Of a stretch of DNA of 64,000 bases, positions 38,565 to 52,644 are shown piece after piece. The stretch covers positions 5,270,001-5,334,000 of the forward strand of contig NC_043022.1 of NCBI RefSeq assembly GCF_006345805.1, given 5' to 3'. Position 1 is the first letter of the stretch. Every line of letters starts with the position of its first letter. A program made the translations under genes and the position numbers. This DNA is from Octopus sinensis (Eukaryota). The notes below the pieces were generated by a model. It did not search any database, was not told the origin of the DNA, and was given only the letters and a program-made list of their open reading frames with translations.

Positions 38565-39575
38565 TGATAATAATAATAATAATGCAGTACCAGGCAGTAG
38601 CTATCAGGGCTTCTGATCTTAACTGATTGGAAGTTTTATCATGTACACAATTTGTCTTAGTATAAAAGATGGGCTACAGCAAATATTCTGCTTGTAACAG
38701 GATCTGGAATCGGTATCACTGAAGGGGTGTCCGATCCGATCCCGTCACATTCAATTTAGTTAAATATAACAGACGAAGTCAGGTTATCTGGGAAAGACAG
38801 CAAATGTTGTTTTATTACTCGTGATGGTGTTGATCTGGTGTGCCTATTTCTGAGGGGGACCGACAGCCGTATTTGTTGTACTGCTTCTTGTAGGCTGGTC
38901 GAAGTGGTTCGATGTGTCTACTGCTAAGTCGATGCGTAGTTCTCAGAGACTTCTAATGCACGTCTGTTCACGAGCACTGTTGGGGCCAGAGAGAGTGAGT
39001 GAGTGGACTGTGCCTTAGGGGTCAGTTTCCCGCACATGCGCATGGGGAGGACTTCCGGTGGCCACCTGGAAGTAGTCCCATTCTGCGCATGCGCGCTGAA
39101 CCTTACACAGTAGCATCACTACATGCTCAATACCATAGATTTGCTTGTCAGTTGTTGGACCTTAACCAGTTGACCATGTCCCTTAGTGGCTGACGATATG
39201 TGCATCTCTGATAACGAGCAGAAGTAGTGGGGGAGCATCATAGTCATGTGTTGAGAGGAATTCTTTTGAGTTTGAATAATTCACCTCTGGAAACATTGGT
39301 GTTTTGTTCAACATCTTTAAACAATTCTTATTCAGCGACCTTTTGAGTGGGATAGGCTACTTGACCTGAAAGAAATTCCTACTGGGCCCCATTTGCAAGG
39401 TCATGTGCTGTTTATCTTGATATGAGATCATCATGTCACACACATATGGTTGTGATGCACAAGCCTGGTGTACCCTTATTAGACGGGTGGTCATGATAGG
39501 TATACTGGGCTTCGTATATTTTACCCCAATGTCACTTTGATGGCATGCACTGCTCTCTCACTCAATAATAATAAC
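38565..39575. mobile_element. (AAT)n-flanked interspersed element (host of the solo LTR)
   Basis: Flanked by (AAT)n on both sides; homologous to 23818-24265 and to the fragment at 34415-34445. Confidence 0.75.
38693..39123 (-). mobile_element. Solo LTR (Ty3/gypsy-like), 431 bp
   Basis: TGTA...TACA termini, 4-bp target duplication TGCT (38689-92, 39124-27), minus-strand AATAAA at 38811-38816. Confidence 0.82.
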
Positions 39576-39678
39576 AATAATAAATTTTAATAGCCTACCA
39601 ATGTATACAGTGCTTTTCTCTGCCCTAGGTGTCAGGAAAACACTTGGCAAGAAAAGGAAACAGAATTGAAAGATGATG

Positions 39679-39721
<43 letters not shown>

Positions 39722-39786
39722 TAAGGATAATGATAATAATAATAATAGTAATAATAATGATGATGATGATGATGATAATAATAATA

Positions 39787-40008
39787 TATTTCTTTACTAC
39801 CCACAAGGGGCTAAACACAGAGGGGACAAACAAGGACAGACAAACAGATTAAGTCGATTACATCGACCCCAGTGTGCAACCGGTACTTAATTTATCGACC
39901 CCGAAAGGATGAAAGGCAAAGTCAACCTCGGCGGAATTTGAACTCAGAATGTAAAGTAAGGCGAAATACGGCTACGCATTTCGCCCGGTGTGCTAACGTT
40001 TCTGCCAA
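39787..40008 (-). mobile_element. SINE family S2
   Basis: Matches other S2 copies. Confidence 0.88.
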
Positions 40009-41318
40009 ATAATAATAATAATAATAATAATATAATAATAATAATAATAATATTAATAATAATAACAACTTGCTGGACCTGTGAAAAATTCATGGAAAAT
40101 ATAAAAAATGTAAGCACTTGTAAATTGTGTGCTGGTGCCATGAGAAATGTTTCTGTATTGTGACAGTTCTTTGTCCAAATTCTACTATATTTAAAACAAA
40201 TTCAAAATTTAAATTTCGGAACCTAAGGCTTAACATGTGATCTGGCTGCATTAAAAGAGGTAGAAGACCTAAAACAAATGTGTGTGTGTGTGTGTGTGTG
40301 TGGTTGGGCCTTTGATAGCCAGGGGTCAATTTCAGTTCAATCGTAGAAAGAATTCAAATACCTATCATCCACTCCCTCTCTCTCTCTCTCTCTCTCTCTC
40401 ACTTACTCTTTCCCTTGCTCAACAAGTATGGCAAATTTAAGTATTTTACTTTTCACATTAAACGCGTTGCTGTTTTGGTGGTCCTGTTGGCATTGGTGTT
40501 GAGGAGTAGTAATACAATACATAGGTGGTGGTTTCAAATCTCTCCCAGAAATTACAAGAGATCTAGTTAAAATATTTATTTAAGCAACAAAATTTCTTTC
40601 TCATAAGTGTGACACATGCGTCAGGTACATATAAAAAACAAATTGGTGTATTAATATTATTGTTAATAATAATAATCATTCTTTCTGCTATAGGCACAAG
40701 GCCTGAAATTTTTGGGGAGGGTACTAGTCAATTGTATTGACCCAGTATGCAACTGGTACTTATTTATTGATCCCAAAAGGAGGAAAGGCAAAGAATAATA
40801 ATAATAATAATAATAATGGTTTCAAATTTTGCCACAAGGGCAGCAATTTTGGGGGAAGGGTGGGTCAATTACATCGACCCAGTGTTCAGCTGGTACGTAT
40901 TTTATCGACCCTGGAGGGATGAAAGGCAAAGTCGACCTCGGCGGAATTTGAACTCAGAATGTAAAGACAGATGAAATACTACTAAACATTTCGCCCAGCG
41001 TGCTAGCGATTCTGCTAGCTCACTGTTTTGTGTGTGTGTGTGTGTGTGTGTGTATGCATGTGTATGTGTGTGTGTGTGCATGTATGTTTGTGTGTACGCT
41101 TCTATGTGCACCAACGCAGAGGCCTTCCTACGAGTTTCTGTCTATCAAAACAATTGACAAGCCCAGGGTTAAAGGAGAGGACACTTGCCCAAGGGGACAC
41201 AAAATGGAACTGAAGCAGAAACTGAATGAGTGTGAAACAAATTTCTTAGATACACAATCACACTTGCACCTCTGAAGGGATGAATATATCTATCAGTTAA
41301 TCTATAGCCAATTTATTT

Positions 41319-41355
41319 CTCTCTCTCTCTCTCTCTTTCTCTCTCACTCACTCAC

Positions 41356-41391
<36 letters not shown>

Positions 41392-41416
41392 GCTATCTAT
41401 CTATCTATCTATCTAT

Positions 41417-41478
<62 letters not shown>

Positions 41479-41583
41479 GTATGTATATATACATATACAT
41501 ACATACATACATACATATGTATATATCTATATATGTACATATATATATATATTACATACAAATACATATATATATACATAAAA

Positions 41584-41616
<33 letters not shown>

Positions 41617-41852
41617 TCCATACAAATATATATATATATACAATATATACACATATACATATATATATACATACATATATATATATATATCTATATATAT
41701 ATTATAATATATATACACATATACATTATATATTATTATATATGTATGTATATATACATATACATACATACATATGTATATATCTATATATGTACATATA
41801 TATATATATACATACAAATACATATATATATACATAAAAATATATACATATA

Positions 41853-41900
<48 letters not shown>

Positions 41901-41953
41901 ATACAAATATATGTATATATATATATATACATATATATACACATATACATTAT

Positions 41954-42001
<48 letters not shown>

Positions 42002-42115
42002 TATATATCTATATATATATAATATATATATATATATTATATATATATATATATATATACATTATATAAACATCTATATATATATTGTATATATATTGTA
42101 TATGTACATATATAT
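41319..42115. repeat. Large (CT)/(CTAT)/(TA)-rich microsatellite block
   Basis: Direct inspection; internal block of roughly 250 bp duplicated. Confidence 0.95.
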
Positions 42116-42970
42116 GTATTTTTTATTTTCCTCTGTTGACAATCCGTTGAAATAAGTTATTACATTTCAAGTGTTGTTCTGATTGTTCAACAAATTGAAC
42201 TGACAGATGTTTCCAGTAACAACTTAATAACCCCACAAACACAAAGTGTCTGCCAAACAGTCAGAGTCTCTCTCTCTGAGTGGTTTTATTCCTTATCCAA
42301 CAGAATATCAGCAAATGATAGCTCTCAGCCATCATTAAGACAGATACACAACACATGAAATGAACACAAACACAGCTGTGTGGTAAGATTGTTCGTGTCA
42401 CCATCAATTTCTTCATGAGTTCAATCCTACATCACTGCACCTCCTTTTATCTTTTATATTTTTTTATCTTGTCTCATTCATTAGTCAGTGGCCATGCTGG
42501 GGTACTGCTTTTAAGGATTTTTATTCAAATGAATCGACCCCAGTACTTTTCCTTCTTTTAAGCCTGGTATTTATTTTATCAGTGTCTTTTGCTGAACCGC
42601 TAAGTTACGGGGACATAAACACACCAACATTGGTTCTCAAGCAATGGTAGGGGGGGGGACAAAAACAAACACAAAGACACACATAAATTTATACATATAT
42701 ATAGATACATATATATATATATATAAATATAATATGTGACAATGAGTTGGTTGTCATAATAAAACTCAGAGTTTCAGATAGTGGGGCTGAAGTCTGCTCC
42801 GGCATCTCATCAGTTATTCTGGCATCCAAAACTCTGAGTTTTTTTATTTGTCACATATTATATTTATAGAAAAATTCCTCTATTTTGCATAATATCGAGG
42901 TCTCATTCACTCTTTTGTTGTCATATTATTATTATTAACACACAAAAAACACACACATATATATATATCA

Positions 42971-43024
<54 letters not shown>

Positions 43025-43032
43025 TATATATA

Positions 43033-43064
<32 letters not shown>

Positions 43065-43211
43065 CAGTATATGAGCTTCTTTCAGTTTCCATGTACCAAA
43101 TCCACTCACAAGGCTTTGGTTGGCCCGAGGCTATAGTAGAAGACACTTGCCCAAGGTGTGACTGATCCTGGAACCATTTGGTTAGGAAGCAAGCCTCCTA
43201 TCACACAGCCA

Positions 43212-44227
43212 TCTCTCTATATATAAAACTGAGAATGTGTGTCTGTCTGTCTGTGTGTTTCCCTAAAACTTGAGAACTACACAACCAATTTCATTCAAAT
43301 TTTACACATGCCTTACTTAGGGTCCATGTAGTTTCATCGGCAAAAAAAATGTTCAACGTCTTGCCTAGAGCGAGCCCATAGCAATATCATATCTTCTCCA
43401 CTATTTCAGTATTACGTGTTAAAAGTGAAACAAAAATATTTCTCTATTTTATGTCAGATGCTTTCACTTTAACAATAAAAATAATAATAACAATTGAATT
43501 ATATGTAGTAAGTAATAATTAAAATCAAACTAAAGTATAATATAATCGTAACATAGCAAAAGTAAAAATAGCAATTGGTATAAAATTGCATCAATGACTT
43601 GAAATTGAATAAGTGGTTTCACATGAATGGGAATAAATTAAAAATAAAATTAGCGTGCAGAAATGGAATAGTCCAGATGGATAATAAAAAATTAAATTAA
43701 AGAAAAGACTATTGTCCATAAAGTATACAATGTAGAGAAAAAAGAAGTTTTGAACACCTGGAGGAAAGCACCTTCGAAAAGTGTCTTGGTGCGACTACGA
43801 AAGGTATCTGATCAGAGGTGGTAAATTCGCCACAATAGAAGCAAGGTTCGAGTCAACGGAGCGTGCAAGGGAGTACTCGACTCGAACTTGCAAAGTGGAA
43901 ATATTTTATTTTTACCTTTATATCTGGGACGTAGGACGTCCCGGAAAAAATTAAAAATACCCCTCCCCCAGAAGTAGAGGTAGGCTGGATTGTAGCCACA
44001 CTTCTATACAAGAGGGAGGACAAGATACAATTGATCGAAATTACAAGAGACGGGCTAACAATTCCAGTCTGTTATATATTTTGAGTATTGTTATCACTAG
44101 CGATATCAAGATTGTATTTTAAGTGTAGATGTATATATATAGATGTACATGTAATATGTACACATATATATACACATATATACATGCACTAGCATTATGA
44201 CCCGGCAACGACGGGTCATAATGCTAG
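43212..44227 (+). mobile_element. Non-autonomous Helitron-like element, about 1016 bp
   Basis: A|TC 5' end, (GTCT)n near the 5' end, subterminal hairpin and CTAG|T 3' end. Confidence 0.72.
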
Positions 44228-44829
44228 TGTTGTATATATTTTTTTATATTTTATCCATGAGCACAAGCTTGGTTGTATGGTAAGAAGTTTGCTTCCCAAA
44301 CACATGGTTCCAGGTTCAGTCCCACTGTGTGGCACCTTTGAAGACAAGTGCCTTCTACTATAGCTTTGGGTTGATCAAAGCCTTGTGAGTGGATCTGGTA
44401 GACAGAAACTGAAAGAAGCCCATCGTGTATATGTGTGCGTATGTTTGTTTTTGTCCCTTACCACTGCATGACATGGATGCATGTATGTATGTATGTAAAT
44501 ATATGTATGTATGTATATGTGTGTGTGTATGTATGTATGTATGTATGTAAGTAAGTACATATGTATGTACATATTTATAAACATATGTATGTATGTGCAT
44601 ATGAGATCCTTTTTAAATCATATGGACTCATAAGACCAGTTCCCCAGCTGGACAGGACACAGGTCCATGGCAGGGTCACTCCTTTTTGCCAGCTGAGTGG
44701 ACTGGAGCAACGTGAAAGGAAGTGTTTTGCTCAAGAACACAATGAGTCACCCTGTCCAGGAATCGAAACGACAGTGTTACAATCATGAGTCCAACACCCT
44801 TAACCACTAAGCCATGCACCTCCACACAT

Positions 44830-45170
44830 GTATGTACATGTATATGTTTATATATATGTGTGTGTATGTGTGTGTGTGTACATGCATGTATGTATGCGTG
44901 GGTGGTAGTGATGGTGTTGGCTATGGGGGGGATTGTAGCAGTAGTAGTGGTGATGGTGGTGGTGACAGTGGTGGTGGTGGTGGTGGTGGTGGTAGTGGCA
45001 GTGTTCTTGGTTGTCGTAGTCTTTATCATGGTGGTGCAGATAGCAGTAGTAATGGAAATAGTAGCAGAGATTATGATGGAGATGGTAGCAGTGACAACAG
45101 TGTTGATGGTCATGGTTGTAGTGATTGTGGTGATGGTGGTGATGATGGTGGTGATGGTGGTATAAGTTAG
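44830..45170. repeat. (TG)/(GGT)-type degenerate microsatellite
   Basis: Direct inspection. Confidence 0.9.
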
Positions 45171-45362
45171 TCATGGCATTGGTGGTGAAGGATCAACAAC
45201 GTGTGATGTCGCTTGTCACGGCAATAACGGAAACTGCCTATTGGAATGGCTGTAGCACAATTCCTGCAAGTGCCATTTTTACATCACTATGGCAACAAAC
45301 ATCCCACAAGAGAAATCTTTCCTCATCGCTGATAAAATGGTGAAACACAAAGTAAACTATAC

Positions 45363-45501
45363 CTTTATGAAAGATTCTGTTTTCTCCAAGACAAATTCAA
45401 TTTTTGGCAGCATCGATGAGGACATATCAATGAGAATGTAGATTTGGTCTTCGCACAGGCTGCCAAAAATGGCTCTGTTGTTTGTTTTCAACCAATGTAG
45501 C
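45363..45501 (-). CDS. VWA3B: VWA3B-like exon, start of VWA domain (MIDAS DxSxS)
   Basis: tttag| acceptor, |gtatag donor; (R)LHWLKTNNRAIFGSLCEDQIYILIDMSSSMLPKIEFVLEKTESFIK resembles RIKWLQDGSQSLFGRLHNDCIYILIDTSHSM; 139 nt, phase 2 to 0. Confidence 0.9.
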
Positions 45502-47280
45502 CTAAACAAAGAAATTGAAGAGAAAAAAAACAAGAAAAATCACAAGCTGTAATCTTTACCAAAATGGCATCGTCACATCCAGTGTTTGGCTTTCATTGCT
45601 GCTAAGAATTTTCTTAATAGTTGTCGTTTCCAGTTCTGAGTTCAAAGAAAAGTGCTTGAAATGTCCAGTTTAAATTCATTTCAGCCAGCAGTTCCAAATA
45701 TCAGATACCATATATTTCACAAAACAAACACACATGAACATCGTTTAGCATTCTCTCATGGACTGCACATCTCAAAGGATTCCATTCATGAAAATGTTGA
45801 ACCTGATAATCTCTGGAGACTCACCATGGCAATCACATATTCTTCAGGAATTGAATCTTCAACATTATTTTCACAAGTCAAATAGCCTGATCCTAAGATC
45901 ACAAACGTTCACCTAACATGCATATGTATTCTCAACCCACCTACAACAAAATTATTTCTCATGCACAATCCTTCGCTCACACACAATCTGCACACATTGG
46001 GCCCTCCTGGGGCAGTCAAATATTTTTACTTCTAACTACAATGGTGTCTCTTGTTCCTTGACTCCATAATCCTCTATACTAATCTATATTAATCTAACTT
46101 AATCCACCCACCTCAATTCTTTCCACTACTCCCACAGTCACAAACAAGAACTGTAAGAGGTAGGGTCCACTCAGTATATTAAGCTGAGTCCTAGACTGTT
46201 AAAGAGGAGCCTGTAAGTATCTGCCAGGACCCTTCTCTTAAACCCACAGAGTCTCTTGAAGTTTGTGAGAAGTCTGCCCCACACCCTGGACCGAAAATCT
46301 CTTTTGTTCCACTCTGCCAAATTTCTCTTGGTGGTTCAAGCCACAACTTAGAGTGGAGGCATGTGGCATAGTGGTTAGGGGTTTTGGACTCATAACTGTA
46401 AGATAGTGGTTTCGATTCCTGGACCAGGTGACGTGTTGTGTTCTTCAACAAAACGTTCATCCAGTTTACTCAACTGGCAAAAATGAGTAATTCTGTGACT
46501 GACCAATGTCTTGTCCAGATGGAGAATATATATACATTATAGAAACCAGGAAACTGGCCCTTATGAGCCAGCATGCTTTGAGAAGGTAACTTTACTTTTT
46601 GTGGAGGTGCATGGCTTAGTGGTTAGGGTGTTGGAGTCATGAACATAAGAGTGTAGTTTTAATTCCTGAACCAGATGATGCATTGTGTTCTTGAGCAAGA
46701 CACTTCATTTTCATTTTAGTCCAGTCCACTCAGTTGGCAAAAAGTGAGTGATCCTGTGAGTGACTAGCGTCCCATCCAGGTGGGGAATTTATTTACCATG
46801 GAAACCTCAAACCACTCCTTATCAGTCAGCATGACTTGATAAAATAAACCTTTACCTTACCACAACCTTACACAACCCATACTGAAGTCTTGGCTGTAAC
46901 ATTTCTCTCGTGAATCACAAGGGCAGAAAGAACTGGTTAAGCAACGGCCAAAATACCTTGTGGTATTTACTTCTGATTCTTTACATCTTGAGTCCAAATC
47001 TCATTCAGGCTAATCTTTCCAGGGTCGATAAAATAAAATTGCAGTCAAGAACTGGAATGATTTGTATTAGGTTCATAAGGAATTAGAATAAAAGAGCAAA
47101 CTAAGACAGTCTATTGGAACCTTTTTTTCTATGACCCCTACCTCAGAAAACCCTTTTAACCACAGATCAGCAACAAGGGAAAACATCTAAGGAACAAAGG
47201 ATTATGCTTTCAAACATGCTGTTATCCAAAATCTTTTGCTGATTGAAAACGATATGGGCAAGACACTAACTGATATATAT

Positions 47281-47344
<64 letters not shown>

Positions 47345-47583
47345 TATATATTATATATATATATATGTTATCAATTCATCATCATCGTTTAACATCACCT
47401 TCCATTGTATATATATGTGTGTGTGTGTATGCATTGCATCTAAACATACCATGTATGCATATAATATGAGAATGTATATGTAGTATGTGTGTGTTTGTAT
47501 ATATGTATATATATATACATACAAACACCCGCATATATAATATATATGTATATATATGTCTGTGTGTGTATGTGTGCACACAC

Positions 47584-47622
<39 letters not shown>

Positions 47623-48214
47623 AATGTATGCATGTGCTTAGTACATACTATACACATATATACATAAAGTTGAGATAAAGAAGATTTTCTCCATGCTGAC
47701 AATTGCAGGATACGTTCAAGTTGATGGACTATGACACATCTCTCCATCTTTACTGCGGAACCATTCCATAAAGAGGGCGAGGAGAAAAAAACCTAATGCC
47801 AGGAGAATCGATTGCAGAGAAATCTGTTTGAAGCCGGAACCATAAAAGTATTGACACATTGAAATGTCGATCGATGATCTCTGGCAGAAGAAAACGAAGA
47901 AGAGGAGGAGGAAAAAAAGGGGGGGGGCGGGGAAAGAACCAAAGTAATCCAGGAAGAAAATTCATTCAATTTTTGTGTTTTATGGAAAGAAGTCAGAAAG
48001 AAAGAGAAAGGAAGAAGAAGTGAAAAAATGGTCAGAGTATGAAGGAGTCTTTCAACCTTAGAAAATGAGGTTTGACTATATATACATATATACATACATA
48101 CATGAAAGGGAAACTTGTTTTAGTTTTTCTGTCAGTGAAACAGGAGAATGGTTTAAAGAACAACTTCTTGGTGTATAATCAAGCAAGGTAATTATACACA
48201 CACAAACACATATA

Positions 48215-48258
<44 letters not shown>

Positions 48259-48286
48259 GTAATAGACATACATATATATTCACATG

Positions 48287-48322
<36 letters not shown>

Positions 48323-48474
48323 TATATGTATTTGTATATACACTCACACACACACACATGTACATATAAAGAGATATACATATGTGTATATAAAATTCTG
48401 TTGATACATTTTTATAAAAATTATAAAAAGAAACAATATTATAAATTTTGTGTATGCATATTCATTCATACCAT

Positions 48475-49200
48475 GAAGTATTGGGCCAGCGGATTTCCAA
48501 GATATAGCCCCTCCCCCTGATCATCACAGATCCTCCTCCATGTTTAACAGTTGGAAGAAGGTAGTCTGGGTCATCTGCTTCTTTTGGCTGTCACCATATG
48601 TATACTCAGCCAGTGGTCGGAAATAGGGTAAAGGATGACTCATCTGGGAAAATAACATTCTTCCACTGCTCTAGGGACCAATTCTGTAGGTTTTTACTCC
48701 ACTCTAAATGCTTTGCTTATTTGTTTTCAAAAGTAGTGGTTTTCTGATTGCAGCCCTCCCGTGAAATCCGGCTTTGTGCAGCTCCCAGCAAACTTTTTTT
48801 GTGGAAACTGGGTTCTCGAGGTAGTCATTAAGCTCTGCAGTAATTTTGGGAGCTGTACTTTTGTGATCCTTTCGAACAATTTACGTAAGAGTCTGACGGT
48901 CCCTATCTGAAAGTTTTGTTTCGACGAGGAGGTTTTTCCCTCTTCCACAAAGGCTGTCATTACTTTTGAGACAATACTTCTTGATACACCAAACATTTTG
49001 GGTGTTTTCATTACGCTAGTGCCTGCCATATGAGCACCAACAATTTGACCTCTTGGAGAGTTCGATTGAGCTGTTATTTTAATGAATTTTAATTACCTTT
49101 TTCTGATATCTGAAAAGAAACAGCAATTTTAGCAAAACATATTAAACAACACTAATAATAAATCAAAAAACATAGAACTAAACAACCTTTTGACGGTTTT
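48475..49200 (-). pseudogene. Tc1-family transposase relic
   Basis: PRGQIVGAHMAG...FGVSRSIVSKV (HTH), WKNVIFPDESSF (first catalytic D), VKHGGGSVMI; stops and frameshifts. Confidence 0.88.
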
Positions 49201-49210
49201 ATTGATATAT

Positions 49211-49262
<52 letters not shown>

Positions 49263-49267
49263 CACAC

Positions 49268-49301
<34 letters not shown>

Positions 49302-49794
49302 TCTTTTACTTTTCTTTTACTCTTTTATCTGTTTCATGCATTTGACTGTGGCAATGCTGGAGCAATGCATCAAAGGGTCTTTTAGTCAAAGAAATCAACC
49401 CCAGGACTTATTCTTTGTAAGCTTAGTACTTATTCTATCAGTCTCTTGTGATGCAGGGTGGGGCAGGGGCAGACACAGATACACACACATACTTTAGGAA
49501 GGACATTCAGCCATAGAAACTATGCTAAACTGGTCACTGGAGTATGATGCAGTCCTCCAGTTTGTCAGTTCCTGCTGAATTAACCAAGTCAGGTCCCCAT
49601 GTGATGATAATGATGAGGATGATGATGCACACACACACACACACACACACACGCACGCACACACACACACACACACATCTGTGTGTTGTAATATTTAAGA
49701 TGTTTGTATACATTTTGGACATAGGAAGGTAAAACTGTCCAAAACTGTCTCAAGAAAAGGAATTCTCTTTAAGAAACAATATGGGTGTAAACAT

Positions 49795-50027
49795 ACCTAT
49801 TTCTTTACTACCCACAAGGAGCTAAACACAGAGGGGACGAACAAGGACAGACAAATGGATTAAGTCGATCATATCGACCCCAGTGCGTAACTGTACTTAT
49901 TTAATTGACCCCGAAAGGATGAAAGGCAAAGTCGACCTCAGCGGAATTTGAACTCAGAACGTAACGGCAGACGAAATACCGCTAAGCATTTCGCCCGGCG
50001 CGCTAACGTTTCTGCCAGTTTGCCGCC
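49795..50027 (-). mobile_element. SINE family S2
   Basis: Matches other S2 copies. Confidence 0.88.
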
Positions 50028-50451
50028 TTTGGGTGTAAACATACCACTGGGCCATAAGTGACATTACTGGACAATAGGACATGTGAATTTCTGCGTTGTT
50101 ATGCTTCATCATTCCTGATCACTAAGAGCTGGTCACTCTTTGAATAGCAAATAGTACATTTGCTGATGTAAGATAACCTTTTGTCAATCTGGAGTGGGGT
50201 GACTGCTGCACCAATGGTCACTGGCCATTCCCCACAACAATGTGGTTTCAATCCTGTCTGTAAGGCTAAACACACTCTTTCTTCTGAGGCATAAAACTCC
50301 TTTGCTCCTCCTTGCTCTTCTTATTATTATTCCCCACCTTTTTATCTTTTGTTTGTTTCTTTGGTGAGGTAGTTACAGAGTTTTTTTTTCTTATAGTTTA
50401 ATCTTTTATATTCTGAATGTTTTTCTTTCTTTTCTTCCTGTAAAAATAAAG

Positions 50452-51153
50452 GGTTAAAGACCCCCTTTGGTCATAAATGACCATGGGATTGCACCTAGAA
50501 AGTTCCCCTCCGATGCACAAGTCCGGGCAAGGTTGTTTATGGAAGATGAGTAGTCGCCAGTGCATTCATCCTCCCCTCCTTTCCATGCCACTGATGTTAC
50601 CCAAGGGAAAGGCAAAGGGGCCGATACAGCTTGGCACCAGTGATGTTGCAATTCATTTCTACAGCTGAGTGAACTGGAGCAACAGGAAATAAAGTGTCTT
50701 GCTCAAGAACAGCCCAGTCCAGGAATCGAACTCACTACCTCATGATTGTGACCCCAATGCTCTAACCATTGAACCATGCACCTTCACACACACACACACC
50801 ACACACACACACACACATATGTATACATAAGGGTAAAGGCCACCCCCACTTCGGTCATGAATGACCATGGGATTGCACCTAGAAAGTTCTCCCCCAAGGT
50901 ACAAGTCCAGGCAAGGTTGTTTATGGCAGACCATCAGTCACCCATGCATACCAGCCTCCCAGCTCTCCACACCAAGGGAAAGGCAAAGGGGCCAATACAG
51001 CTTGGCACCAGTGACGTCGCAACTCATTTCTAAGTGAACTGGAGCAATGTGAAGTAAAGTGTCTTACTCAAGAATGCAACTCATAGCCTAGCCCAGGAAT
51101 TGAACCTCATGATTGTGGGCCCAATGCTCTAACCACTGAGCCATGTCCCTTCA
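50452..51153 (-). mobile_element. Two tandem copies of an S4-headed SINE (50452-50785, 50832-51153)
   Basis: Repeated GACCATGGGATTGCACCTAGAAAGTT body and tRNA-like head. Confidence 0.8.
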
Positions 51154-51336
51154 TCTGTAAAACTATGTTGTTAATAAATAAGGCAGACGTGCACTAAGCT
51201 GCAGTGATTCAAATATAATTATGTACAACTGTATTTGGCATGTTCATGTACATTTGGACATGGAAAGACCAGATGCTGCACAAGATATCTCATCAAAAAG
51301 ATGTGTGTGAGTGTGTGTAACTTGATAATCCCTTAC

Positions 51337-51491
51337 CTTTGATGAATATTCTTCAACACTGGTGACATCTTTTCCTCGTATTGGCGGTGGAACTTTGGTG
51401 TGATGTATACGTGCATGGCTTCACCTGATGCCATTTTCACAAGAGGAAATGTGCTGCAGTATTTGGCGTCAATCACTTTTACACTGGATAT
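51337..51491 (-). CDS. VWA3B: VWA3B-like exon
   Basis: ttacag| acceptor, |gtaagg donor; ISSVKVIDAKYCSTFPLVKMASGEAMHVYITPKFHRQYEEKM resembles VWA3B AKYCSRF...HVNIT; 155 nt, phase 0 to 2. Confidence 0.88.
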
Positions 51492-51705
51492 CTGTAACAA
51501 TCATAGAAAATCCTTACTATTCAGCAAAAATGGAACTATATATATGTATGTATAGTATGTATGTGTATATATGTATATATATAAATTAGAAAAAAAACCA
51601 CCTTTTATCAATTCAAAATGAATTTTTATATATATATATTATATTTTGTGAAATTTGATTTAGTATTTCTAAATTTTCCCTGTAAGTTAGGAATAATATT
51701 CTCTC

Positions 51706-51741
<36 letters not shown>

Positions 51742-51745
<4 letters not shown>

Positions 51746-51878
51746 TGTCCCAAAAGTTCATAGAAAGTCTTGGAAAATAATGGTCTTTATTTTGAGGAAT
51801 AATTTTTGTTGTTTTTGTTAGTACTTGGCGAGTAAAAATTCAATTTTCGCAAGTGTTTACGAACTTTTGGGACAACCT
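51742..51878. mobile_element. Mariner-type MITE in a (TA)n tract
   Basis: Perfect 18-bp TIR AGGTTGTCCCAAAAGTTC / GAACTTTTGGGACAACCT, flanked by TA repeats. Confidence 0.8.
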
Positions 51879-52644
51879 AATATATATATATATATATATA
51901 TATGAGAAAGGTTGAGTTCAATTAGAAAAGTTCTACTTTGGGGTGTCCAAAGTTAGACTTCTAATAAAGATTCTTCATATTAAATTCATAGCTCGCTATT
52001 GCAAGTATTTTATTAAAACAATGAAAATCATACATGTATATAAGGTGTACTATGAGCATTTATAGAACACAGTCCTATATAAACTCAACAAAGAATTAAA
52101 GATGGAGAAGAGAAGACATTAAATTTTGATAACATTTTTTAATCCTTATACTTGTGTGTGTGTGTGTGCTACTGGTAACATGTAACCCAGTACGGCCTGT
52201 TGCATGGTCGGGTCGTCGGTGACTAAATCGGCAACCCCACCAAGCTTGCTTGGGGAGGAGGGTGTTTATTGGACATTCAAAGATCATCTCTGTCATTCCA
52301 AGTCCTGCTGCATTTCCCATGGAATTTTTGGTTTTCCAAAATCATCTTGGTATATAAGGTGACCTGCTACTTTTGGTTATAAATTCCATCTCACCTTATT
52401 TTTCATGTTTTACCATATTTTCTGGCATGCAAGTCAACATAGTATTTAGTGTAAACATGTAGTGTAACCATGCAAACACCATTTTTATCTTTTTCCAAAT
52501 CCTGTTGTGTTTCACATGGAAATTTAGGTCCTCCAAAGTCGTCTTGGTGCATAAGTCAACCTAACTTTTTTAGGACTCAAAAAAAAAAAACTGGTGTGAA
52601 AAATTTGATTTGTGTGCTAGAAAATACAGTTTTTAAAGCAGAGT

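Noticed and set aside
47750-47965. CpG-richer unique segment with a strong minus-strand polypyrimidine tract and AG near 47882
   Set aside because: The frame compatible with exon 51337 hits a stop, there is no VWA3B similarity, and exons 51337 and 45501 already join in frame; a poison exon cannot be excluded without RNA data
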